64,000 nt of DNA, taken from assembly GCA_963793425.1 (NCBI GenBank), contig CAWCAG010000001.1:96001-160000 (forward strand), given 5' to 3'. A model generated the notes under the pieces. The model did no database searches, had not been told where the DNA came from, and worked only from the letters and a program-made list of their open reading frames with translations. The DNA comes from an uncultured cyanobacterium. GTDB taxonomy: Bacteria > Cyanobacteriota > Cyanobacteriia > Cyanobacteriales > CAWCAG01. Within the stretch, counting starts at the first letter, position 1. The number at the start of each line of letters is the position of its first letter. The translations under genes and the position numbers were made by a program. Of the stretch, positions 30,167-41,211 are shown piece by piece.

Positions 30167-33100
30167 CTACCACTCCCCTTGCACAGTAAAAGCCGCCCAA
30201 TGATAGGGGTCATTTTCATTTCCTTCACTTCGCCACATTTCTAATTGTGCCTCTCTTAAAGCCGCAGCAGGTTTAAGGTTATCTTGATACATTTTTTCAT
30301 AAAACTTGCTCATTAATTTAGAAGTAGAAAAGTCTTGCACCGCCCAAAAACTGACTACCACTCGCTTTGCCCCCGCATACATAAATCCTCTGGTTAAACT
30401 TACTAATCCTTCTCCGGCTAACTCTTGTCCTAAACCTGTTTCACAAGCGCTTAATACTACTAATTCTGCTGGTAAGTTGAGGTTATAAATATTATTTAAA
30501 CGGAGTAAAGGATCTTGAAATTCTCCTTCGGAGTTGTAAGCTGATAGGGCTAAACCAGAAAGTTGTGGCTTATCTTTATTAATGCAACCGTGGGTAGAAA
30601 AGTGTACGGTCTGGTAGTTGGCAAGTTGAGGACTAGTGGCCGTAGCTAGGGAAGCTTCATGACCTAACGCTGCAAAGCTTTGGTTTTCTGGGACAAGGGC
30701 AAGAATATTTTCTGCTTCTGTGCGGGTGAATTGTAGTTGGGCTAGGGATAAGCAGGATTCTAAAGCTTGTCTGGTTGAATTTTCTCTAGGATTTTCATAA
30801 TCTCTTTCTTCTCCTGATTCATAAACTGGGTCGGCAAGGACAGCAAGTTTTTTAGGGGCAAGAGGACGACCTTTGACTTGTTTTCTCAATGCAGCAAGGC
30901 TAGAAGCGGAAGGGAGAGTAATGATTTCGTGGTTGGCTAACAGAGGTTGGGGTTAGCGGTGGGTAGGGCAGCGAAGGGGATACTTTGTAAGATTCCGTCT
31001 CCGACAATTAAGAGACGTTTGTTTCTTAATTCCTTAGCAGCAGGGGCAAGGAGGATGTTGCTGAGTTGTTGGGCAGATTTCTGGATTGTTAATATTAACT
31101 TGGCTATATCGTTGCGGAATTTTTGGGCTAGTTTTTCTATTTCTGCTTGGGGAGGAAGTTCATAACTAGTAACTTTGTTTTTACTAACTACCCAAAGATA
31201 GCTTTGTTTTTCGCTGAGGTAATATTCTAAGAGGATAGTGTCATCGTCTAGAAGTTGTTGAATTTCTGCGGTTTGTAGTGTGAACTTAGTAGGTTGGTTG
31301 ATGGCAGCGTAGTTAGGGCTTTTGAGGCGGATGGTGGCTTCTACTTGGTCAAGTTTAGTTAAGAGTTGGTTGATTTGGTTGTTGGCAGCTTCTTTTTCTG
31401 GAGTGCTAGCATTATCACTCCTTTGCAGTTTGCCTTGGTTTTCAAAAGCGGCAGTAAGTTGTTGGTTGAGTTGTTTTTCTTGTGCTAAAAGTTCTGCATC
31501 TACACCTTGGCGAATGTCTACGTTAGCTTCTTGGAGTTCAGTGAGGAGTTGGCGGGCGCGGACTCTTTCGCTGTAATGGAGTGCTTGGGCGTTGTATTGT
31601 TGAGTAGGTTTTTGTTGGTGCAACTCCATTAGTACCCTGATTTGGAAGTCGTAGTATTGTTCAATGGTTTGGTAGAAGGAGGTTTGTAGTTGAGGGTTGA
31701 AAATTTGGTTGCGGAGGAATTCTATTTTTTCGATGGCTTGTTCCATTGTTTGGGAGGCAGCAATGAGATTGCCTTGTCGGTATTGGAGTTGAGCAATGTT
31801 CCAGAGGGTACTTGCTTCTCCTCTTCTATCTGCCTACTGCACGACGTAGAGGGTAAAGCTTGGTTGTAGTAATTGAGCGCTTTTCCTTTTCTCCTAATGA
31901 GTCGTAGACAAGAGCCAATATTGTTGAGGGTAGTTGCTTCCCCTCCTCTATCTCCTACTGCACGACGTAGAGATAATGCCTGGTTATAGTAGTTTAGTGC
32001 TTCTTCGTTTTTTCCTAAATCATTGTAGACCCGACCAATATTGTTGAGGGTTCTGCTTCCCCTCCTCTATCTCCTACTGCACGACGTAGAGGTAAAGCTT
32101 GGTTATAGTAATTGAGTGCTTCTTGCTTTTCTCCTAATGAGTCGTAGACAAGACCAATATTGTTGAGAGTAATTGCTTCTCCTCCTCTATCCCCTACTGC
32201 AAGAAATAAAGGTAAAGCCTGATTGTAGTAATTTAGTGCCTCTTCCTTTTCTCCTAATTGAGTAGACACCACCAATATTATTAAGGTAGTTGCTTCCCCT
32301 CCTCTATCACCTACTGCACGACGTAGAGGTAAAGCTTGATTATAGTATTTAAGGCTTCTTGTTTTTCTCCTAATGAGTTGTAGATACGACCGATACCTGT
32401 GAGAGTAGCTGCTTCTCCTCCTCTATCACCTACTGCACGAAATAGAGGCAAAGCTTGGTTATAGTAATTGAGTGCTTTTTGCTTTTCTCCTAATGAGTCG
32501 TAGATACCACCAATATTGTTGAGAGTAATTGCTTCCCCTCTTCTATCATCTCACGCCCGAATAGGGGTAAAGCCTGGTTATAGTAATTGAGTGCTTCTTC
32601 TTTTTCTCCTAATGAATCTAGTAGACACACCAATGATTAGTTGAGAGTAATTGCTTCCCCTCCTATTATCACCTACAGCACGACATAGAGGTAATGCTTG
32701 GTTGATAGTAATTGAGTGCCTTTTGCTTTTCTCCTAATGAGCCGTAGACAACACCAATATTGTTGAGGGTACTTGCTTCACCTCCTCTGATCTCCTACCG
32801 AACGAAGTAAAGGTAAAGCTTGATTATAGTAATTGAGTGCTTGTTGTTTTTCTCCTAATGAGTCGTAGACAAGACCAAGATTGTTGAGGGTTAGTTGCTT
32901 CCTCCTCTGTCGATTCTACTGCACGAATAAAGGTAAAGCTTGGTTGTAGTAATTAAGTGCTTCTTGTTTTTCTCCTAATGAGTTGTAGACAAGACCAATA
33001 TTATTGAGGATTAAAGCTTGTTGAGATTCATCTTCCTACCTGCTGCCAAAGTTTAAGTGACTTCTTCACATTTAACAATCGCATCTCGTAAAGACTCTGC

Positions 33101-33286
33101 CGTCCCCTCCTGATAAAGCCGCAAACCTTCCTGATAAGCTTCCTCAGCAGCAGCGCGAATATCTTCAGTACTTGCACCACTTTCCTGAGCAACCTCTATC
33201 GCATCTGTACTCCCTACAGCAACATTAACTGGAGTAACAAAAGAAACCAATAAAGCAAGGGAGATAGTAGAGAGTTTTTTATTCAT
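30167..33286 (-). pseudogene. Signal peptide-TPR-CHAT protease, copy 2; multiple indels (pseudogene or consensus errors)
   Basis: N-terminal ~70 aa and CHAT domain near-identical to copy 1; frameshifts at ~30950 and throughout 31800-33060. Confidence 0.85.
31800..33010 (-). repeat. ~10 tandem ~120-bp units each encoding one 40-aa TPR
   Basis: Anchor tctcctaatga or variant at ~31890, 32012, 32131, 32251, 32367, 32487, 32606, 32731, 32852, 32972. Confidence 0.9.
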
Positions 33287-33361
33287 GGCTTAGTAGAAGG
33301 TGCAAAATAAATCCACTGGCAGATTATTTAATCGAGTTTATAACCTTAAGAAACACCCTTA

Positions 33362-33417
33362 ATCCTATTTCGCAGCCAAGTCTTAAGAATTACGCAAATT
33401 CACCAAAATCTTTCTAG
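33362..33417 (-). promoter_or_regulatory. Promoter-like element, copy B (upstream of CHAT copy 2)
   Basis: Aligns with 23993-24048; TAGGAT at the position of TATAAT in copy A. Confidence 0.6.
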
Positions 33418-33651
33418 CTAAAAGTTATTTGTACTGATACCAAACTCCCCACCCTATTTCCACGCTTCCACTAGCCACTAGCAAAAACTAAAATCTAAGC
33501 CATACCTCACTAGCCTAAGAATTGCTATATATTTCTTTAGGCTGAAATCCGAGATTCAACTTTGTTTCTTGAGCCAGATGCAATAAATGCTCTAAGCGGT
33601 GACAATGCTATCTTGCCCTGGGTATTTCCCGAAACTTGAGAGCCTCAAAAA

Positions 33652-34578
33652 GTGAAACTTAAGGATATTTTTCCCCTACTTAAAGAAACATTCCAGGAAT
33701 GGCAAGAAGATAAATCATCTCGTTTAGCTGCGGCGTTGGCTTACTACACAGTTTTTTCCCTTGCCCCTTTATTAGTAATTGCGATCGCGATCGCCGGAGC
33801 AATTTTTGGGGAAGAAGCAGCGAGAGGAGAAATAGTTGGGCAAATCCAAGGTTTAGTAGGGAATCAAGGGGCAGAAGCAATAGAAGCCGCCATTAATAAT
33901 GCTAATAAACCTGATACGAGTAGCGTTGCTTCTTTAATTAGTATCGTGGTTCTCTTTTTTGGTGCTTCCGGTGTCTTTGCTCAACTCCAAGATGCTTTGA
34001 ATACAATTTGGGAAGTGCAAGCGAAACCAGGAAGAGGGGTTAAACATTTCATTAAAAAGCGCTTACTATCCTTTTCTGCTGTATTTGGGATTGGCTTTTT
34101 ATTATTAGTTTCTTTGCTGGTAAGTGCTGTTTTATCTGGATTGAGTCATTATCTGAGTAACATCCTTCCTGGCGGCGATTTTATTTGGCAAGTCTTCAAC
34201 TTTGTAGTTTCTTTTGCTGTAATCACCTCACTATTTGCGGTGATTTATAAATACTTACCGGATGTAAAAATTGAGTGGGGTGATGTTTGGACTGGAGCGA
34301 TTATTACCTCTCTACTCTTCACTATCGGGAAATTTGCCCTCGGACTTTATTTAGGCAGAGGAAGTTTTGGCTCTACTTACGGCGCAGCAGGTTCTTTAAT
34401 TGTGCTTCTGGCTTGGGTTTATTATTCAGCACAAATCCTCTTCTTTGGGGCGGAATTCACTCAAGTTTATGCCCGCAGATTTGGTTCAACAATTGTACCG
34501 GATGATAATGCCATGCGAGTTACTGAAGAAGCAAGGGGAAAGCAAGGAATGCCTCGTAATCGGAGAAGAAATAAGTAA
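33652..34578 (+). CDS. YihY/virulence factor BrkB family membrane protein
   Basis: AAALAYYTVFSLAPL, YKYLPD, YGAAGSLIVLLAWVYYSAQILFFGAEF. Confidence 0.94.
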   Translation: MKLKDIFPLLKETFQEWQEDKSSRLAAALAYYTVFSLAPLLVIAIAIAGAIFGEEAARGEIVGQIQGLVGNQGAEAIEAAINNANKPDTSSVASLISIVVLFFGASGVFAQLQDALNTIWEVQAKPGRGVKHFIKKRLLSFSAVFGIGFLLLVSLLVSAVLSGLSHYLSNILPGGDFIWQVFNFVVSFAVITSLFAVIYKYLPDVKIEWGDVWTGAIITSLLFTIGKFALGLYLGRGSFGSTYGAAGSLIVLLAWVYYSAQILFFGAEFTQVYARRFGSTIVPDDNAMRVTEEARGKQGMPRNRRRNK

Positions 34579-34740
34579 CAAGTGACAGCTCAATCCCTAC
34601 CTTAAGGTATAGGGTAATATTGCTCTGAAAGTAGATTTATAAGGGTCGGGAAAGTTTTTATATTAATAAATGTAAAAGGATTTATTGAGGCGGAGTTTAA
34701 GGGCAACGCCTATGCTAACCAACAAGATGTTCCTGATCTG

Positions 34741-35364
34741 GTGGACTCTGAGGAAATTGACTTCCGCGTCGCTAATACCTTGGGTGCATCAGATGGCCCT
34801 TTGCCCCATTTAATCAGATTCAAGCAAGCCCAATTAACAGATAAGGGGCAGAAAATCCTTAAGGAAATGTCCCAAAATCCTCCCGAATCTTTAGAAAAAG
34901 GACCTAGTACACTAATGGCAACTCAAAATACACCCTTCTTAGAAAAAATTATGCTCAGAGGGGAATTAGAAGATATTTACGATGCCCGTGACATGGCTAC
35001 TGTAGTCTACCGTACCATGCGGGATATGATGACCACAGAAGCAGCCGGAAAAGTCGCTTCAGAGTTAAACAAAGAAATAGAACCCACAGCAGATAAAACT
35101 TTGCAAAAAGAAATTTCTGAGTTGTGGCAAGATGAGAATCCCCTTGTTTCTTGGTTAAGCAAAATTCGCCCCCCTTTAAAAATTAATGAAGATACTTTTA
35201 TCTTCCGGGTTGAACAAGAAGGTGGAATGCCGAAAGGGACTGATGGGGAAAAAGTAATTAAAGCTGTTTTTGCTGCTACTAAAGATGAATTATCCTCTGA
35301 ACGAGTAGCTGAAATAAGTGATTTTTTACCAGGCAAAATTAAGCAGATGTGGCAACAGGCTTAA
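34741..35364 (+). CDS. DUF2267-domain protein (start uncertain, possibly 5'-truncated)
   Basis: DARD...VVYRTMRD, AVFAATKDELS.ER..EI..FLPG; frame is open upstream without an ATG; alternative ATG at 34867. Confidence 0.75.
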   Translation: MDSEEIDFRVANTLGASDGPLPHLIRFKQAQLTDKGQKILKEMSQNPPESLEKGPSTLMATQNTPFLEKIMLRGELEDIYDARDMATVVYRTMRDMMTTEAAGKVASELNKEIEPTADKTLQKEISELWQDENPLVSWLSKIRPPLKINEDTFIFRVEQEGGMPKGTDGEKVIKAVFAATKDELSSERVAEISDFLPGKIKQMWQQA

Positions 35365-35391
35365 GCACTTTAGCAACCGGATTTGGTATTA

Positions 35392-35423
35392 GATATCCCT
35401 AGAAGTCAAGCTTCTAGGGATAT
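35392..35423. terminator. Hairpin after DUF2267 gene
   Basis: atatccctagaag-tcaag-cttctagggatat perfect 13-bp stem. Confidence 0.6.
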
Positions 35424-35474
35424 TGCTATTTGTCCTCACCTTGTTGCGTAGCGTCTCCATCGCAGAAGCCCACC

Positions 35475-35537
35475 GTAGGGGCGGGTTTGGAGTCAAATTG
35501 TGATGATTAACCTTAAATTAAATAAACCCGCCCTAAC
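35475..35537. repeat. GTAG-type REP-like inverted repeat
   Basis: gtaggggcgggttt ... aaacccgccctaac. Confidence 0.65.
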
Positions 35538-35651
35538 TTCAAGTTAAGGGAAACTAATTTTCTCGATTTTAAGTTTTGCAAAAAAGGATTGCTTTTGAGT
35601 CTCTTTTCCCTTAAAATACTATTCGAGAAGAGTTTAAAGCCCCATTTTCCC

Positions 35652-36131
35652 ATGGAATACATCAACACCTCTATTGCTGCCGAAATGTTGAGAGTCTCTC
35701 AAAGAAGAGTTCTCTACTTACTTCAACAACAACGCATTAAAGGCGCTTACAAAAAGCGGACAGGTTGGGTGATACCTTTATACAAGGGCAAACCAAGGAT
35801 TTCTCGTGGTACTAGAGGACCCAAACCTCGTTGGAGTACCGCAAAGGGACGGGGACCAAAAACTATTTATGTCAATAAAAACCACATCACTACTAACGAG
35901 AAGAGGATTGCTCAGCACGGGGCTGAAGTAGCCTTGAAAGATGTTGTAACGGTCAGACATGGTTCAAGGAGCATTCGTGGTCATGAATTAGAGATATTTG
36001 GCTATTGTCAGATCGTTTACTGTCCGGAAAAACCCCAGGATTGTGGGGCGAGTTTATGGATCAAAACCTATTCAGATGTGAAGGTAGTAAATAAGTCTAA
36101 GCCTGATGAATGGTCGGTTGTTCGTTGTTAA
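35652..36131 (+). CDS. Excisionase-like HTH DNA-binding protein with unknown C-terminal domain
   Basis: INTSIAAEMLRVSQRRVLYLLQQQRIKGAYK...WVIP; ATG at 35652. Confidence 0.75.
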   Translation: MEYINTSIAAEMLRVSQRRVLYLLQQQRIKGAYKKRTGWVIPLYKGKPRISRGTRGPKPRWSTAKGRGPKTIYVNKNHITTNEKRIAQHGAEVALKDVVTVRHGSRSIRGHELEIFGYCQIVYCPEKPQDCGASLWIKTYSDVKVVNKSKPDEWSVVRC

Positions 36132-36147
36132 TTGCTAATCGCTAACT

Positions 36148-37287
36148 TTACGCCTTGCCGTTGCTGTCAGGCATCACTAAACCTTTTTCTACAGTTAAAA
36201 TTTGCGAATCTTTCACCCATTGATGGTCGAAAGCACCAAGGTGAGTAGTGGTAATTAAAGTTTGAAAGCGGTCTTGAATTGCTTCTAAGAGTTGGTTTTG
36301 TCGGTTGAGGTCTAACTCAGCTAAAACGTCGTCGAGAAGGAGTAGAGGCGGTTCTCCAATTACTTCTTCAATTAATTTTAATTCAGCGAGTTTTAGAGCT
36401 AAAACTAAAGTGCGTTGTTGCCCTTGGGAACCATAAGAACGAGCCGGAGTTTGATTAATAGTTAATTCTATTTCATCTCGATGGGGGCCAACTAAGGTTG
36501 TACCTTGTTGTTGTTCGGGAATACGGCGTTGTTGAATTTTTTCTAAGAAGGCTTGTTGGACGTGTTCGGGGTTATCTTCTTGCCAATTAATATTAGGATT
36601 ATAGTTAATGGCTAAAACTTCTGTTTCTCCACTAATACTTGCGTGCCAAGCAGCCGCTAAAGGAGCAATTCTTCGTAAAACTCTGGCTCGACGACGGGTG
36701 ATCCTAGAACCTGTAGCGGCTAGTTGAGCATCCCATAAAGCTAGTTGATCAATATAATTGTTGATATCTACTTCTAGGTCGCGAAGTTTCCTTAAAAAAG
36801 CATTTCTTTGGCGTAAAACCTGATTGTACTGTTGCAAGATATAAGCATAAATTGGTTCTAATTGAATAAGTAAATAGTCTAACCAACTACGACGAGTTTC
36901 CGGACTGCCTCGCACTAAATCTAAATCTAAACTAGAAAATTGTACAGCATTTAATACTCCTAAAAACTCCGTTTGACGACGTAACTTTTCTTGATTGAGA
37001 ACGAGAGTTCTTCTTCCTTTTTTCCTCAAGGTGATAGTTAGCTCTGAACTACCGTATTTTCGTTCTAAAATAGCATTAATTCTACCATCCTCTTCCCCTT
37101 CCAAAACCAAGTCGCGATCGCGAGAGGTACGATGACTTTTTAAGGTTGCTAACAACTCCACTGCTTCTAGTAGGTTAGATTTTCCTTGGGCATTATTACC
37201 AACTAAAATTGTTTTCCTGGCTATGAAGTTAACGCCTTGATCTTGGTAATTACGAAAGGAAAGTAGATGGAGCTTTTTAAGAAACAT
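36148..37287 (-). CDS. recF: DNA replication/repair protein RecF
   Basis: [36 protein letters not shown]. Confidence 0.98.
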   Translation of the reverse strand: MFLKKLHLLSFRNYQDQGVNFIARKTILVGNNAQGKSNLLEAVELLATLKSHRTSRDRDLVLEGEEDGRINAILERKYGSSELTITLRKKGRRTLVLNQEKLRRQTEFLGVLNAVQFSSLDLDLVRGSPETRRSWLDYLLIQLEPIYAYILQQYNQVLRQRNAFLRKLRDLEVDINNYIDQLALWDAQLAATGSRITRRRARVLRRIAPLAAAWHASISGETEVLAINYNPNINWQEDNPEHVQQAFLEKIQQRRIPEQQQGTTLVGPHRDEIELTINQTPARSYGSQGQQRTLVLALKLAELKLIEEVIGEPPLLLLDDVLAELDLNRQNQLLEAIQDRFQTLITTTHLGAFDHQWVKDSQILTVEKGLVMPDSNGKA

Positions 37288-37355
37288 TAAATAATAGGGA
37301 ATAGGGTTCGCGTTTCGCGAATGCGTTGCCGCATTTGCTATAAGAAATAGGGAAA

Positions 37356-37398
37356 GTTACTTATTACTTATTACTTATTACTTATTACTTATTACTTA
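37356..37398. repeat. Heptamer tandem repeat (TTACTTA)n
   Basis: About 6 units; reverse-orientation array (TAAGTAA)n at 38173-38204 on the other side of the same gene. Confidence 0.85.
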
Positions 37399-38166
37399 GT
37401 TGAGTGCTGTTATCGCTATGGGGGCGAAGAGAAAAGAGCCAGCGATGATGTAAACGAAGCGACGATAGGTTTTAATTTTCTTGCTGGCAGCTTCTTCAAT
37501 TAAAGGAGGTAGTTGTTCTGTGATGAATTGTCCAACTTCGACAATATTAATATCAGTTCTGCCTTCTTTTTTGAATGGCTTTAATAACTTGTTGACGGTT
37601 AAATCTAGCATTAGTTGGTTAAGATAAATCAATAAAGATGATTGTAGATGAAATACTCGAATACCAAACTTTTTGAAAATAGTGAATATTTTTATGGGAG
37701 TTTTGATTGTTCTTTCCATATTTGTAAAGGTTTCTTCTAATACTCCCGATATTTCTACAACTAACTGATTAAGCCCTTGTTGAAAAAAGTAAATATTCAT
37801 ACTCTCTTTTTGCTCAAAAATAGCCTCAATCACTAAAGAGAATAAGGGTTGTAAGCAGTGGTGCAAAGTTTTACTAACCAAGTTTTGATAACCAGACAAA
37901 ACGGCTAAGCTGACTCCGCAAATAATTCCGGCGATTAAATAAAGAATTATCAAAGCAACTAACTTAAAAAAAGCAGCAAAGCTAAAACTTCCTGCCCCTT
38001 CAAAACTGACATGAAAAATGATTGCGGCGGCTACGCTGAAGAGAAATAGGGAAAGAATACAGTAGCTAACAGTCTTCAGCAGGGATATTATCAACAAACG
38101 ACGCAGTAACATAATTGAATCTCGTGCCATCTTTTGCCATTCTTCAATTAGTTGCTCATGGGGCAT
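37396..38166 (-). CDS. Hypothetical membrane protein
   Basis: 256-aa ORF with about 3 hydrophobic segments. Confidence 0.7.
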   Translation of the reverse strand: MPHEQLIEEWQKMARDSIMLLRRLLIISLLKTVSYCILSLFLFSVAAAIIFHVSFEGAGSFSFAAFFKLVALIILYLIAGIICGVSLAVLSGYQNLVSKTLHHCLQPLFSLVIEAIFEQKESMNIYFFQQGLNQLVVEISGVLEETFTNMERTIKTPIKIFTIFKKFGIRVFHLQSSLLIYLNQLMLDLTVNKLLKPFKKEGRTDINIVEVGQFITEQLPPLIEEAASKKIKTYRRFVYIIAGSFLFAPIAITALN

Positions 38167-38244
38167 TTTAATTAAGTAATAAGTAATAAGTAATAAGTAA
38201 TAAGTTTTGGGCTAAGGCTAATTACTTTTTTACAACAAATTTAG

Positions 38245-41112
38245 TTATTTCTTGGTGAAGAACCAGCGAACAAATAACTTTTCTAACTCTACCCAAACGA
38301 AAATAATAGCGCTAAAGCCGAAACAAAGCCCTAATTCTTCTAAGGTTAAATAATCAGTGCCAAAGAAGTTTTGTAGCACGGGGATATAAACTAACATTAA
38401 TTGTAAAATGGTTGTACCAATTACTGCTACTAATAAATAGGGATTGGAAAAAGGATTCAATTCAATAGTTAATTGGGAATGGGAACGTACTGCGATCGCA
38501 TGACCCATTTGAGCAATACAAAGGGTAGTGAAGACCATGGTTTTCCAATGGTCGGGATAATAATTATAAGCGATCCACATCAAGACAATCGTGACTAGCC
38601 CAAAAATAATACCGGTGCGAATCATATAGGAACCCAAGCCCCTAGCGAAAATGCTTTCACTAGGGTCAATGGGAGGGCGACTCATAACATTGGGTTCAGC
38701 GGGTTCCACTGCTAAAGCTAAGGCAGGTAAACCATCGGTGACGAGGTTCATCCAGAGAATTTGTAAAGGAACAAGAGGGACTTCTTCTAAACCGATTAAG
38801 GGGGCCGCCGCAATGGTAATTACTTCGCCGATGTTGCTACCTAAAATGTATTTGATGAAGCGACGAATATTCGCATAAACTACCCTGCCTTCTTCTGTGG
38901 CGGCAATGATGGTCGTAAAGTTATCGTCTAGTAAAACCATATCACTAGCTTCTTTACTAACATCGGTTCCGGTAATGCCCATAGCAATACCGATATCTGC
39001 CTGTTTTAGGGCTGGGGCATCATTAACCCCATCTCCGGTCATAGCGACAAATTGCCCCTGTTTCTGGAGTGCCTGAACGATGCGTAACTTATGTTCCGGG
39101 GAGACACGGGCATAAACACTAACTTCGTTAACTTCCTGTTCTAATTCCGACTGGGGCATCCTTTGCAGCTCTCGCCCACTAAGAACCCTGTCTTCTTCTG
39201 TAGCAATATCTAACTGAGAGGCGATCGCTTTAGCAGTTAATTGATGATCTCCAGTAATCATCAGAGTTCTAATCCCCGCTTTCTTGCTTTGACGTACTGC
39301 TTCCTTGGCTTCTAAGCGGGGGGCATCCAGCATTCCCACCAACCCTAACCAAATCAATTCCTGTTCAGCACTTTCTTCCCCATCAGCCGAGGGAATTTCC
39401 TCAACAGACTTATAAGCCAAACCCAAAACCCGCAAACCTCTTTGGGCCATCCTGTCATTGTCATCAATAATTTTCTGCCGATGTTCTTCTTGTAAGGGAA
39501 TAAAGCGATTCCCAGATTTAAAAGAGCCGCAGCGTTCTAAAATTAATTCTGGTGAACCCTTGCTAAACATCACAAACGGGGCAGAAGGAACAAAATCAGA
39601 AGTATTAATTGCCCCCTGAATTGCTTCCCCCCTACCTTGACAAATAACACTCATCCGCTTCCGAGTAGAAGTAAAGGGGAATTCTCCCATCCTCACTAAC
39701 TGACGGCTTAAGGATTGTTGTTCTAAGGAAGCTTTTCCCGCTAACGAAAGTAAAGCACCTTCGGTAGGATCTCCCAAAATTATCCATTCTGGGTGGCGAT
39801 TCCTGTTCTCTCCCTCAACATCTTCTACTTCCTTGTACTGTAAGAAAGCATCATTACAAAGAACTCCTGCTAAAAGTAAAGTCTGTAGTTCAGGGTAATC
39901 TTGACTCTTCACAGTTTGTTCTTCTTTCAGGAAATCTCCCGTGGGATTGTAGCCTTCCCCTGTCACCTTAAAACTATCTTCTAAAGTCACAACTTCCTGC
40001 ACCACCATTTTATTTTGGGTTAAAGTTCCTGTTTTATCAGAACAAATAGCACTTACCGAACCCAAAGTTTCCACCGCCGGAAGTTTACGAATCAGGGCAT
40101 GGCGACGTACCATACGCTGAGTTCCCAAAGCCAATGTTACCGTAACCACTGCCGGTAAACCTTCTGGAACTACTGCCACCGCCATACTTAAAGAAACTTC
40201 CACCAATTCTCGCAGACGGCTAAAGTTCCCGGTACTAATTACCCCAATGGCAATAACTAAAACTACCAAAGATAGAGAACCTGTTACCAAAGCCTTGCTT
40301 AACTGATTCATCCTCTGTTGTAAGGGAGTCGGTTCACTTTCTACCCCTTGCAACATTTGAGCAATTTTCCCCAATTCTGTGGCCATGCCCGTAGCTGTCA
40401 CCACCACCTTGGCCCGACCTTGGATAACTTCTGTACCAGTAAATACCATACTACGGCGATCGCCAAGGGGAGTATCTTCTTCTAAACCAACTTCCCCAGG
40501 CAATTTTTTAACGGCTTTAGCTTCTCCGGTTAAAGCTGATTCCCTTACTTGTAAGTTGGATACCTCAATTAACTGCCCATCAGCCGCTAATTGGGTTCCC
40601 GACTCCACTAAGATAATATCTCCTGGGACTACTTGAGAACCTTCAATTTCTGCGGGTTCACCATCTCTTATCACCCTTACTTGAGGAGAAGAAAGATTTT
40701 TCAGGGCCGCTAAGGCTTTTTCGGCCCGACTTTCTTGGAAATAACCCAAAGCACCATTAAGAATCACAATCACCATAATAGCGATGGTATCTTTAAAAGG
40801 GAATTCTCCAGCCGTTGCCCCTCCCCCTTGTAAATCCACCAAATCCAAGATACCGGAAACAATTGCCACAGCAATAAGCATGATCAGCATAATATCTTTA
40901 AACTGATCAACAAATATTTCCCAGCCAGGACGACCGGGGCCTTCTTCAATTTCGTTGAGGCCGTAATGTTGTCTACGTTGTTGTACTTGTTGAGAGGTTA
41001 AACCAGTTTCCGGATTGCTTTGGAATGTTTCTAAGGTTTTCTCAACAGACTGGGTATGCCAAGGATTGGCAAGATCCGGGAATGAATGGGTATTATTACT
41101 AGATTGGGTCAC
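38245..41112 (-). CDS. Cation-transporting P-type ATPase (type IIA, PacL-like)
   Basis: [35 protein letters not shown]. Confidence 0.95.
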   Translation of the reverse strand: MTQSSNNTHSFPDLANPWHTQSVEKTLETFQSNPETGLTSQQVQQRRQHYGLNEIEEGPGRPGWEIFVDQFKDIMLIMLIAVAIVSGILDLVDLQGGGATAGEFPFKDTIAIMVIVILNGALGYFQESRAEKALAALKNLSSPQVRVIRDGEPAEIEGSQVVPGDIILVESGTQLAADGQLIEVSNLQVRESALTGEAKAVKKLPGEVGLEEDTPLGDRRSMVFTGTEVIQGRAKVVVTATGMATELGKIAQMLQGVESEPTPLQQRMNQLSKALVTGSLSLVVLVIAIGVISTGNFSRLRELVEVSLSMAVAVVPEGLPAVVTVTLALGTQRMVRRHALIRKLPAVETLGSVSAICSDKTGTLTQNKMVVQEVVTLEDSFKVTGEGYNPTGDFLKEEQTVKSQDYPELQTLLLAGVLCNDAFLQYKEVEDVEGENRNRHPEWIILGDPTEGALLSLAGKASLEQQSLSRQLVRMGEFPFTSTRKRMSVICQGRGEAIQGAINTSDFVPSAPFVMFSKGSPELILERCGSFKSGNRFIPLQEEHRQKIIDDNDRMAQRGLRVLGLAYKSVEEIPSADGEESAEQELIWLGLVGMLDAPRLEAKEAVRQSKKAGIRTLMITGDHQLTAKAIASQLDIATEEDRVLSGRELQRMPQSELEQEVNEVSVYARVSPEHKLRIVQALQKQGQFVAMTGDGVNDAPALKQADIGIAMGITGTDVSKEASDMVLLDDNFTTIIAATEEGRVVYANIRRFIKYILGSNIGEVITIAAAPLIGLEEVPLVPLQILWMNLVTDGLPALALAVEPAEPNVMSRPPIDPSESIFARGLGSYMIRTGIIFGLVTIVLMWIAYNYYPDHWKTMVFTTLCIAQMGHAIAVRSHSQLTIELNPFSNPYLLVAVIGTTILQLMLVYIPVLQNFFGTDYLTLEELGLCFGFSAIIFVWVELEKLFVRWFFTKK

Positions 41113-41211
41113 GAGGAATGAATTTTGATCTATTGATCCCGATCATACGCTAATACTGCTTTACAGGTGTTGATTGCTAGTTGCTAATCGCTAACAGAAA
41201 TACTGTTTAGT

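Noticed and set aside
24109..31760. Near-identical CHAT 3' regions as a DGR template/variable pair
   Set aside because: No reverse transcriptase in the window; differences look mostly synonymous and not adenine-specific; simple duplication explains it
31800..33010. Regularly spaced repeats as a CRISPR array
   Set aside because: Period is ~120 bp, whole units are similar with no unique spacers, they translate as TPRs, and no cas genes are present
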